Shown here in pieces: positions 26,947 to 34,489 of a stretch of 64,000 bases of DNA. The stretch's first letter is position 1. The number at the start of each line of letters is the position of its first letter. Location: the NCBI GenBank assembly GCA_903891325.1, contig CAITEC010000029.1:539-64538 (forward strand), read 5' to 3'. A program made the position numbers and the translations under genes. The notes under the pieces are model-generated. The model worked only from the letters and a program-made list of their open reading frames with translations, searched no databases and was not told the origin of the DNA. This DNA comes from an uncultured Opitutaceae bacterium (GTDB taxonomy: Bacteria; Verrucomicrobiota; Verrucomicrobiia; Opitutales; Opitutaceae).

Positions 26947-28117
26947 GGGTCACCGCCAATCGCGCCGCCTCGTCGAGCGAGACCTCGCGCCCCAGGGCGC
27001 GGATCCCGGCCGCTGCCATGATGGCGCGGGCCTCGTCTTCCCAGGAGCCGGGGATCCGGAAGACGGCGATCGTGCCGGCCGCCGTTCGGCCTGCGCGATC
27101 CAGCCCCAGCAGGACGCCGCGGGCCATGACGTCGGCCCGGGTGTTGTTCACGACATTCATGATGACGGCGAGCTTCCGCACGCCGGGTTTTCCGAGAAGG
27201 AGCGCGGTGAGGGCGGCCACCTTCTCCTCGGTGGGATTCCCGCCGACCTCGCAGTAGTTTGCCGGGTTCCCCCCGTGGCGCTGGATCGCATCGAAAACAG
27301 TCAGGCTCGCGCCGCCCCCGCCGATCAGCAGGGCCAGGTCGCCGCCGAACTCGACCACCCGGCCGGCGACGCCGCGGTGGTCCAGGGCGTCGATCCTCGC
27401 GGCCTCCGCCTCGAGCGGCGTCGCGGGCCGGCCCAAGGATCCCTGGGAGATGGCGCCGAGGGGCGCCAGGCGCACCTGCTGCCGCGCGGCCGCGTCGTCG
27501 TCGATTTCCACGCGGGCATCGAGGCCGATCAGGATTCCATCCGTCGTTTCCGCGAGCGGGTTGATCTCCACGGTGATCGCGTCGCATTCCACGAGGGCGC
27601 GCGTGACCTTCTCGAGCACCCGCCCGAGTTCCGCGGCGACCCGCGCGTCGATTCCGAGCCCGTCCACCATTTCCGCCCCGGCGGATGCCGGCAGGGGGCC
27701 GCGGGGATCGAAGCTGCGCCGGGCGACGTTGCGGGACGATTCGACCTCGATGCCCCCGGCCGCCGCGAGGATCGCGACCGGCAGCTTCGCGGCGCAGTCC
27801 CAGGCCGCGCCCACGTAAAATTCGCGCCGGATGGAAACCCGGGGTTCGACGGACACGGCGGCGATCCGGTGCCCCCTCAGGGTCGTCCCCAGCAGCTCGG
27901 CCGCCGCCGTCCACGCCGCGCCCGGGTCGTTGGCCACCTTGACGGCGCCGGCCTTGCCGCGGCCGCCGAAGGGGACTTGCGCCTTGACGACGACCGGGCC
28001 GCCGATCTCCGCGGCAGCCTCGCGCGCCGCGTCGGCCGACGCGGCGACGGTCCCGGCGTTCAGGTTCAGGCCGAACCCGGCGAGGAGCCGTTTTCCCTGG
28101 TGCTCGAGCAGCCTCAT
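26936..28117 (-). CDS. acyl-CoA synthetase beta subunit, SucC / citryl-CoA synthetase-like (ATP-grasp)
   Basis: MRLLEHQGKRLLAGFG N-terminus, VVVKAQVPFGGRGKAG, GGNPANYCEVGGNPTEEKV; ATG 28117 overlaps the upstream stop (ATGA). Confidence 0.9.
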   Translation of the reverse strand: MRLLEHQGKRLLAGFGLNLNAGTVAASADAAREAAAEIGGPVVVKAQVPFGGRGKAGAVKVANDPGAAWTAAAELLGTTLRGHRIAAVSVEPRVSIRREFYVGAAWDCAAKLPVAILAAAGGIEVESSRNVARRSFDPRGPLPASAGAEMVDGLGIDARVAAELGRVLEKVTRALVECDAITVEINPLAETTDGILIGLDARVEIDDDAAARQQVRLAPLGAISQGSLGRPATPLEAEAARIDALDHRGVAGRVVEFGGDLALLIGGGGASLTVFDAIQRHGGNPANYCEVGGNPTEEKVAALTALLLGKPGVRKLAVIMNVVNNTRADVMARGVLLGLDRAGRTAAGTIAVFRIPGSWEDEARAIMAAAGIRALGREVSLDEAARLAVTHAA

Positions 28118-28590
28118 GGCGCGATGCCGCCGGCCTTCTTCACGTCGTCGAGGGAGATCCTGCCCCCCGGGCCGGTCCCGGGGATCGAGCCCAGGTCCAG
28201 GCCGAGATCCGACGCGAGCTTCCGCGCCGCCGGCGCGGCGCGGATGCCCCCGGCAGGCTCGGGCGCCGGTGCGGGGCCGCCTGCCGCAGCGGCCGGTCCG
28301 GCCGCGGAACCGGGGGCGGCACCGCTTCCCGGTTCGTCCAGGGGCTCGTCCGCCCCGGTCGTGACGATGCAAAGGAGCGCCTTCTCCCCGATGGTGTCGC
28401 CCTTCGCCACGCAGAGCCTGCGGATGAAGCCGGCCACGGGGCAGGGCGCCTCGACGACGCTTTTTTGCGTCTCGATCTCGACGATCGGCTGGCCCGCCGC
28501 GACCGGGTCGCCCACGCCCACAAGCCACCGGGCGACCAGGACGCTCTCCATGGTCAGTTCAAGTTGCGGAAGCAGGACGGCGGTTTGCAT
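28114..28590 (-). CDS. lipoyl domain + peripheral-subunit-binding domain protein (E2 lacking its catalytic core)
   Basis: Lipoyl motif QPIVEIETQKSVVEAPCPVAG; Ala/Pro/Gly linker; PSBD AAPAARKLASDLGLDLGSIPGTGPGGRISLDDV; stop right after the PSBD. Confidence 0.85.
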   Translation of the reverse strand: MQTAVLLPQLELTMESVLVARWLVGVGDPVAAGQPIVEIETQKSVVEAPCPVAGFIRRLCVAKGDTIGEKALLCIVTTGADEPLDEPGSGAAPGSAAGPAAAAGGPAPAPEPAGGIRAAPAARKLASDLGLDLGSIPGTGPGGRISLDDVKKAGGIAP

Positions 28591-28602
28591 GGGGGCCTCG
28601 GG

Positions 28603-28902
28603 TCAGAATTCCTTGACGTTGAAAAACCGGGCCTCGGGCGGCCGGCTCCAGCAGCGGGCGTAGGCCGCCGCGATCCTATCGTGGCCGGGGCTCCGGCGCC
28701 ACTCCATGAGCCGGCGCAGGCTCTCAAACTCCACGACGACGTCGACCTCCTCCGGGCGGGCCGGGTTGGCGGGCGTGAGCCGGCGCAGGGAGATGAAGCC
28801 CGGCCGCGCGGAGGCGAGCCGGTGGTGCTCGCGGATCACCCGGCCGAAGGCCCGGCGCCCGGCCGGGGTGAGGAAGTGGCGGACCTGGATGGCGACCTTC
28901 AT
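28603..28902 (-). CDS. ABM (antibiotic biosynthesis monooxygenase-like, ferredoxin-fold) small protein
   Basis: 99 aa; VVVEFESLRRLMEWRRSPGHDRI resembles the ABM signature; ATGA overlap with the upstream gene. Confidence 0.7.
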   Translation of the reverse strand: MKVAIQVRHFLTPAGRRAFGRVIREHHRLASARPGFISLRRLTPANPARPEEVDVVVEFESLRRLMEWRRSPGHDRIAAAYARCWSRPPEARFFNVKEF

Positions 28903-30026
28903 ACGCGCTCGTTGCGGCCGCTCCGGGCCGAGCGGTAGGCCGTGTCTATGATCTCGACGGAGCGCATTGCGGCCTCCCCGGGCGAGAAATTCTCCGTCGT
29001 GAGCCCGAGGATCAGCTCGACGAACTGGTGGGGCGGCCCGTCGCAGCGGTAGGCGGCATCGCCCTTTCGCAGGGGGACCACCTCGTGCCGGCCGTCGTGG
29101 GTGTCCAGGGAGAGGTGGTCGCGGGCGATGTCGAGCGAGAGGACGCCGCGGTCCCCGAAAATCCTCACGTCGAGCTGGAATGACCCGGGCGTGCCGGGAG
29201 GAAGCGTCGCCGAGCCGGAGACCGTCCCAATCGCGCCGCCCTTGAACCGGACGCTGATCGCGTCGTACATGTCCACCCGGGAGCCGACGTTGCTCAGGTT
29301 GGCAAAGACCGAGGTCGCCCGCAGGCCGGTCAGCCAGAGCATGAGGCCGGTGGCATGCGAGAGCTGGCCCTGGCCGTAGCCGCCGCGCGAGACCCGCGGG
29401 TCCGACCAGGTGGAAAGGCTGCTGGGGACGTAGGCGGTGTCCGTGAAGTCGAAGGACTTCCCCGAGAAGAGGTTCTTCACCGGGGAGGCCATGTGGCAGA
29501 GGACGTAGTCGATCCGGCCCACGCTGCCGCGGTCCATCAGGGCCCGGGCCCGAAGGCCGATCGGGCGGTGGTTCCAGCCGTAGGGGACGACGACGTGCAG
29601 CCCCTTTCGCGCGGCCAGGGCGACGATCTTCCGGGCATCGGCCGCGTCCGTCGTGAAGGGCTTCTCGACCATCACGTGGCAGCCGGCCCGCAGGGCGGCG
29701 AGCGCCTGGGCCGCATGGGTCGCGTGGGGCGTGGCGATCACGACCCCGTCGAGGTCCTGCCGCAGCAGTTCGCGGTAGTCGTCGGTCGTGTGCGCAAATC
29801 CGAAATCCCGCCGGCAGCGCTCGAGGACCGCCGGATCCAGCCCGCAGACCGAGACCATCTCGACGTCGCGGCGCGCCGCCAGGACGGGCATGTGGTTGGT
29901 GGTCGCCCACCAGCCCGCGCCGATGAACCCGAGCCGCGCCCGCCGGGTCCGCGACTGCGGGCGCGCCGCCATCCGCCGGATCGCGTCCGGGGAGAGGACG
30001 CCCACGTTTCGCTCCTGGCGCCTCAT
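28899..30026 (-). CDS. Gfo/Idh/MocA family oxidoreductase
   Basis: LGFIGAGWWATTNHMP Rossmann motif and HVMVEKP; ATG 30026 overlaps the upstream TGA. Confidence 0.9.
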   Translation of the reverse strand: MRRQERNVGVLSPDAIRRMAARPQSRTRRARLGFIGAGWWATTNHMPVLAARRDVEMVSVCGLDPAVLERCRRDFGFAHTTDDYRELLRQDLDGVVIATPHATHAAQALAALRAGCHVMVEKPFTTDAADARKIVALAARKGLHVVVPYGWNHRPIGLRARALMDRGSVGRIDYVLCHMASPVKNLFSGKSFDFTDTAYVPSSLSTWSDPRVSRGGYGQGQLSHATGLMLWLTGLRATSVFANLSNVGSRVDMYDAISVRFKGGAIGTVSGSATLPPGTPGSFQLDVRIFGDRGVLSLDIARDHLSLDTHDGRHEVVPLRKGDAAYRCDGPPHQFVELILGLTTENFSPGEAAMRSVEIIDTAYRSARSGRNERV

Positions 30027-30763
30027 AGCATGAACCAGCCGCCGTTGATGTCGAAGGTCGCGCCCGTGCAGTAGCTGCACTCGTCGCTCGCCAGGAAGGC
30101 GATCAGGGCCGCCACCTCGGCGGGCTTGCCGAGGCGCTTGAGCGGGATCTGGTCGGCGATCGCGCGGACCTTCTCCGGCGGGAAATTGCGCATGATCTCC
30201 GTGTCGAGGACCCCGGGGGCGACGCAGTTGATCAGGATGTTGTCGGCGGCGACCTCGCGGGCGATCGACTTGCTGAACATCACGATCCCGCCCTTGGTGC
30301 CGCTGTAGATGCTCGCGTTGACGATCGCGCCCGTGCGCCCGGAGCTGGATGCGACGTTGACGATGCGGCCGCCGCCCTGGCGCTTCATGACCGGGCAGAC
30401 CGCCTGCATCAGGAAGTACTGGCTCTTTGCGTTGATGCCCATCAGCCGGTCCCAGTCCTCCTCGGTCGAGGTCTCGAAGGGAAGGCGGGGGCAGACCCCC
30501 GCGTTGTTGACCAGGATGTCGATCCGGCCGAAGTCGCGGACGACGTCGGCAACGAGTTGGCGAAGCTCCGCGACGCGGGAGACGTCCACCCGGTACCCGC
30601 GCGCCTCCGGCCCGCAGTCGGCGGCCGCCTTCGCAACCTCGGCCTCCTGCAGGTCCGCGAGCGCGACCCGGGCGCCCTGGGAGGCGAGGGTACGGGCGGT
30701 GACGGCGCCCAGCCCGCGGGCCGCGCCGGTCACGATGGCCACCTTGTTGTCGAGTCGGAACAT
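30023..30763 (-). CDS. short-chain dehydrogenase/reductase (SDR)
   Basis: VTGAARGLG, NNAG, YSGTKGG catalytic YxxxK. Confidence 0.9.
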   Translation of the reverse strand: MFRLDNKVAIVTGAARGLGAVTARTLASQGARVALADLQEAEVAKAAADCGPEARGYRVDVSRVAELRQLVADVVRDFGRIDILVNNAGVCPRLPFETSTEEDWDRLMGINAKSQYFLMQAVCPVMKRQGGGRIVNVASSSGRTGAIVNASIYSGTKGGIVMFSKSIAREVAADNILINCVAPGVLDTEIMRNFPPEKVRAIADQIPLKRLGKPAEVAALIAFLASDECSYCTGATFDINGGWFML

Positions 30764-30785
30764 GGGATCGGTTCGGGTTCCGGGG

Positions 30786-31520
30786 TCAGCGGGCCAGCCA
30801 GCCTCCGTCCACGGGAAGGATTGTCCCGTGGACGTAGTCGGAGGCCGCCGAGGAGAGGAACACGGCCGCGCCCGCGAGGTCGGCCGGCCGGCCCCAGCGG
30901 CCCGCCGGGATCCGCTCGAGGATCTGCCGATTCCGGGTGGCGTCGTTCTGGAGCGCCGCGGTGAGGTTGCTTTCAAAATAGCCCGGGGCGATCGCGTTCA
31001 CGTTGATACCCTTGGGGGCCCATTCATTGGCGAGGGCCTTGGCGAGCTGGGCCACGCCGCCCTTGCTGGCGGAGTAGGCCGAGCAGCGCAGGCCGCCCGA
31101 GAAGGAGAGCATCGAGGCGATGAAGACGATCTTTCCGCTCCCCTGGGCCAGGAAGTGCCGCCCCGCCGCCTGGGCGCACTCGAAGGCCGAGCTGAGGTTG
31201 GTCGCGATCGTGTCGTTCCAGTCCGCCGGCGTGAATTCCTCCACGCTGGCGCGGCGGGTGATCCCGTGCGCGATCACGATGATGTCCAGGCCGCCCATCC
31301 GCCGGATCGCCTCGGCGACCACGCCGGAGGCGTCGCCCGGCTTGGAGATGTCCCCGGGAAGGAAGGTGAAGCCGGCCTTGGCGAGGTCGTCGGCGCGGGC
31401 CTGCGAGCGGCCGGACACCGCGACGCGGGCCCCGGCGTCGCGGAGCGCGTCGGCCATGCCGCGGCCGAGGCTGCCGGTGGCTCCTGTTACCAGTGCAATC
31501 TTGTTGTCGAGTCGGAACAT
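30786..31520 (-). CDS. SDR, KduD/gluconate-5-dehydrogenase-like
   Basis: VTGATGSLG, YSASKGG, C-terminal HGTILPVDGGWLAR; tandem paralogue of 30023-30763. Confidence 0.9.
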   Translation of the reverse strand: MFRLDNKIALVTGATGSLGRGMADALRDAGARVAVSGRSQARADDLAKAGFTFLPGDISKPGDASGVVAEAIRRMGGLDIIVIAHGITRRASVEEFTPADWNDTIATNLSSAFECAQAAGRHFLAQGSGKIVFIASMLSFSGGLRCSAYSASKGGVAQLAKALANEWAPKGINVNAIAPGYFESNLTAALQNDATRNRQILERIPAGRWGRPADLAGAAVFLSSAASDYVHGTILPVDGGWLAR

Positions 31521-31528
31521 GGGTGAGG

Positions 31529-32662
31529 TCAGTTGAATTGGTACTTGCGGACGACGTCCTCGCGGACGGTGACGCCCAGCCCGGGCTGGTCCCGGACGGC
31601 GATGAAGCCGCCCTTCTGGACCCAGGGGTCGCTGACCAGCTCGTGCTGCATCGGCGACTCGTGCGGCTTGAAGTCCATGCACCATCCCGCGCGCGAGGCG
31701 GCCAGGAGGTGCACGCTCGCCGCCGTATTGAGGGCGCTGCTCCAGGTGTGGGCGCTGAACTTGAGGTTGGCCGCCTCGATCAGCTTGACCACCTTGATGC
31801 AGCCGGTGATGCCGTGGATCCGGCCCGGGTCGATCTGGATCACGTCGACCCCGCCGCCGGCGATCAGCCGGCGGTACCCGGCCACGTCCCACTCCTGCTC
31901 GCCGGTGCCGATCCGCGTCGCGCAGCGGCTGCGCAGCATCGCGTGCGCCGGATAGTCCTGCGGGTGGAGCGGCTCCTCGATCCAGAGAAGCCGGTAGGGC
32001 TCGAGCTGCGCCAGGCGCTCGATTGCCGTGTGCACGTCCCAGCGCACGCGCGCCCCCAGGACATCCAGCACGAGGTCAAGGTCCGGCCCGATCACCTCCC
32101 GAATCCTCCGGGTCAGCTCGAGGTCCCGCTTGGCGTTGGTGCCGAAGACCGACTGCGGGCGCGTGCCCCAGCCGCCCTTGACGATGTTGTAGCCCTGCTC
32201 CTTGAACCAGGCGAACTCGCGGACCGACCAGTCCAGGTCGTCCATGTCCAGGTGGATCGAGGCCATCGCGATCACCTGGTCGCGGAGCTGGCCGCCGATC
32301 AGGTTGCACAGCGGCTGGCCGAGGAGCTTTCCCTTCAGGTCCCAGAGGGCCATGTCCACCGCGCTCACGGCGAAGGCGGCGATCCCCTGCGGCCCGTACC
32401 ACCAGATCCGGTCGAGCATCTGCTGCCAGCGGGCCTCGACGTCGAGGGCGCACTGGCCGACCAGGAGGGGCGCGAAGCCCTGCTCGATGATCACCTTGGT
32501 CGCCTGGCTCGGCTCGGGGAACTGGCTGATGCACTCCCCCCAGCCGACGGCGCCGTCCTCGGTCTCGACGCGGGCGAGGGTGATGTAGCGCAGGACCCCG
32601 TGGTCGTGCGGCTCGGGATAGCGGAGCGGGTGGGCGGTTACGGACTTTATGCGGGATTTCAT
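31529..32662 (-). CDS. enolase-superfamily sugar-acid dehydratase (second copy)
   Basis: AVDMALWDLKGK, LWIEEPL, GTGEQE, IQIDP motifs. Confidence 0.9.
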   Translation of the reverse strand: MKSRIKSVTAHPLRYPEPHDHGVLRYITLARVETEDGAVGWGECISQFPEPSQATKVIIEQGFAPLLVGQCALDVEARWQQMLDRIWWYGPQGIAAFAVSAVDMALWDLKGKLLGQPLCNLIGGQLRDQVIAMASIHLDMDDLDWSVREFAWFKEQGYNIVKGGWGTRPQSVFGTNAKRDLELTRRIREVIGPDLDLVLDVLGARVRWDVHTAIERLAQLEPYRLLWIEEPLHPQDYPAHAMLRSRCATRIGTGEQEWDVAGYRRLIAGGGVDVIQIDPGRIHGITGCIKVVKLIEAANLKFSAHTWSSALNTAASVHLLAASRAGWCMDFKPHESPMQHELVSDPWVQKGGFIAVRDQPGLGVTVREDVVRKYQFN

Positions 32663-32671
32663 GGGCGGAAG

Positions 32672-33517
32672 TCAGAGCCTCTCGGCGGTGCGGCGGAGGA
32701 AGTCGCGAAGCTGGATCGTCTCGGAGATGTTGTCGCTCTCATTGCAGTGCTCCCAGTCGATCCACACGTACTCGACCCCGATCCAGCCCTTGTAGCCGGC
32801 GGCCTTCATTGCGGCAAGGACCCTCGCGTAGTCGATCGTGTTCTGCGTGAAATTGCACTGCAGGCGCCCCTTGCAGGCGCCCCGGGCGTGGAAATGGCTG
32901 GCGTGCCGCACCAGGGGCTCGATCTTCCGGTCGGGGACGCCCATGCGGGTGAAGTGCGTGTAGTCGAGCGTGAGGGTGAGTCCCGGGACCCGGCGCACCA
33001 GCTCGTCGGCCTCCCGCGGCGTCGGGGCGATCGAGCCCACATGGGCCTCCGTGCCGAAGACAATTCCCGCCTCCCGGCCCCGGGCGACCCGCCAGCCCAG
33101 CTCGTCGGCGGCCCGGGCGAGCGACGAGGCGCGGGACTCGCCGGAAAAGGCGACGCCCGGAAGCCCGGTCACGTGCCGGGACCCCAGCGCGTCGGCGTAG
33201 TCGAGCGTCCGCTCAAAATAATCCCGCGCCTTGCGCCGGCGGCGGGCGTCCGGCTGGTTGACCGCGTAGGCCTCGAAGTCGGGGGCCATCTGGAGGAAGA
33301 CGTCCGCGGCCTGGAGCCCGCGGGCCGCCAGCTTGCGGCCCAGGCGACGGGCCGAGGCCCGGGGACTCCGGAACTCCCGCGAGGGCCAGAGGTGCGAGCG
33401 GCCCTCGAAGAGCCCGATGTCCACCCCCTTGAAACCGAGCATGGCCGAGACATCGAGCGAGTGCTCGTGGGAAAGCAGCGGAAAGGCGAAGTCGGCGCAG
33501 GCGAATTTGGTCTTCAT
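32672..33517 (-). CDS. xylose-isomerase-like TIM-barrel protein (sugar phosphate isomerase/epimerase family)
   Basis: GTEAHVGS, TLDYTHF, WIGVEY; ATG 33517 overlaps the upstream TGA. Confidence 0.8.
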   Translation of the reverse strand: MKTKFACADFAFPLLSHEHSLDVSAMLGFKGVDIGLFEGRSHLWPSREFRSPRASARRLGRKLAARGLQAADVFLQMAPDFEAYAVNQPDARRRRKARDYFERTLDYADALGSRHVTGLPGVAFSGESRASSLARAADELGWRVARGREAGIVFGTEAHVGSIAPTPREADELVRRVPGLTLTLDYTHFTRMGVPDRKIEPLVRHASHFHARGACKGRLQCNFTQNTIDYARVLAAMKAAGYKGWIGVEYVWIDWEHCNESDNISETIQLRDFLRRTAERL

Positions 33518-34356
33518 CGTTTCTTCGGGGGTTTCTGGAAGGCGGTCGGCCGGTCGGCGGTCCACTCGGCCGCCGTCAGGTAGCCGCAGTCGATCGTGAT
33601 CGAGGTTCCCGTGACCCCGGACGAGTCCTCGCAGCTCAGGAAGAGGATCGAGCGGGCGACGTCCGCCGGGGAAAGGGCAACGCCCATCGGCACCCGCCGC
33701 AGCCGCTCGGCGAGGAGCCCGTCGGGGTCGGGGCTCGCGTTCAGGTGCTCGCGGAGCATCGGCGTGTCGGTGATTCCCGGGCAGACGCTGTTGCAGCGGA
33801 CCCCGTGGACGGCGTAGTCCAGGGCGATCGAGCGCGTGAGGCCCAGGATCGCGTGCTTGGAGGTCGTGTAGACCGGCGTCCGCGCCTGGCCGACAAAGCT
33901 GCTGATCGAGCCCACGTTCACCACATGGCTCCGCTCCGCCGCGGCGAGGTGGGGGAAGGCGTGCTTGAAGGCGAAGAACATGGACTTCACGTTGACCGCG
34001 ATCACCCGGTCCCAGCGGGCCTCGGAGTATTCGTGCAGGTCCCCGACCTCGACCATCCCCGCGTTGTTGACAAGGATGTCCAGCCGCCCGAATTCCCGGG
34101 CCGTCGCGGCGATGGAGCGGGCGACATCGCGCTCCCGGCTCACGTCGCAGCGGTGCGCGGTCGCGCTTCCGCCCGAGGCCCGGATCCGGCCGGCGATCGC
34201 CCGGCCGAGCTCAACCCGGCGGCCCGCGAGCGCGACCGACGCGCCCTCGCGGGCGAAGAGTTCCGCGACGGCCTCGCCGATCCCCGAGGTGGCCCCGCTG
34301 ATCCACGCGACGCGCCCGGCCAGGCGGCCGCTCTTGCGGGGGACGGGGGTCTTCAT
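33514..34356 (-). CDS. SDR (first gene of the 21-gene minus array)
   Basis: ISGATSGIG, NNAG, YTTSKHA; start at ATG 34356 (track ORF is 5'-extended). Confidence 0.9.
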   Translation of the reverse strand: MKTPVPRKSGRLAGRVAWISGATSGIGEAVAELFAREGASVALAGRRVELGRAIAGRIRASGGSATAHRCDVSRERDVARSIAATAREFGRLDILVNNAGMVEVGDLHEYSEARWDRVIAVNVKSMFFAFKHAFPHLAAAERSHVVNVGSISSFVGQARTPVYTTSKHAILGLTRSIALDYAVHGVRCNSVCPGITDTPMLREHLNASPDPDGLLAERLRRVPMGVALSPADVARSILFLSCEDSSGVTGTSITIDCGYLTAAEWTADRPTAFQKPPKKR

Positions 34357-34419
34357 TCCTGCGGGGTGGGGTGCGCCGGGATTGGCGGGGGCAAACCTGA
34401 CTCGATCGGGGCGGCCTGA

Positions 34420-34484
34420 ACTTATAGCCGATTTCCCCGGCCGCAACCATTGACTCTCTGAGCGTTCTCCTCAGTTTTTTGAGC
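34420..34484 (-). promoter_or_regulatory. conserved operator/promoter-like element, copy 1 (faces the 21-gene array)
   Basis: Read on minus: GCTCAAAAAACTGAGGAgaACGCTCAgaGAG, then tcaATGG and TCGGCTATAAGT 23 nt downstream; near-identical copy at 35410-35474 in the same orientation relative to its operon. Confidence 0.6.
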
Positions 34485-34489
34485 ACCCT

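Noticed and set aside
28114-28590. Truncated E2 as a simple frameshift pseudogene
   Set aside because: The stop overlaps the ATG of an intact SucC-like gene with a canonical N-terminus, and no acyltransferase-like sequence appears downstream in any frame. A sequencing error still cannot be excluded without reads.
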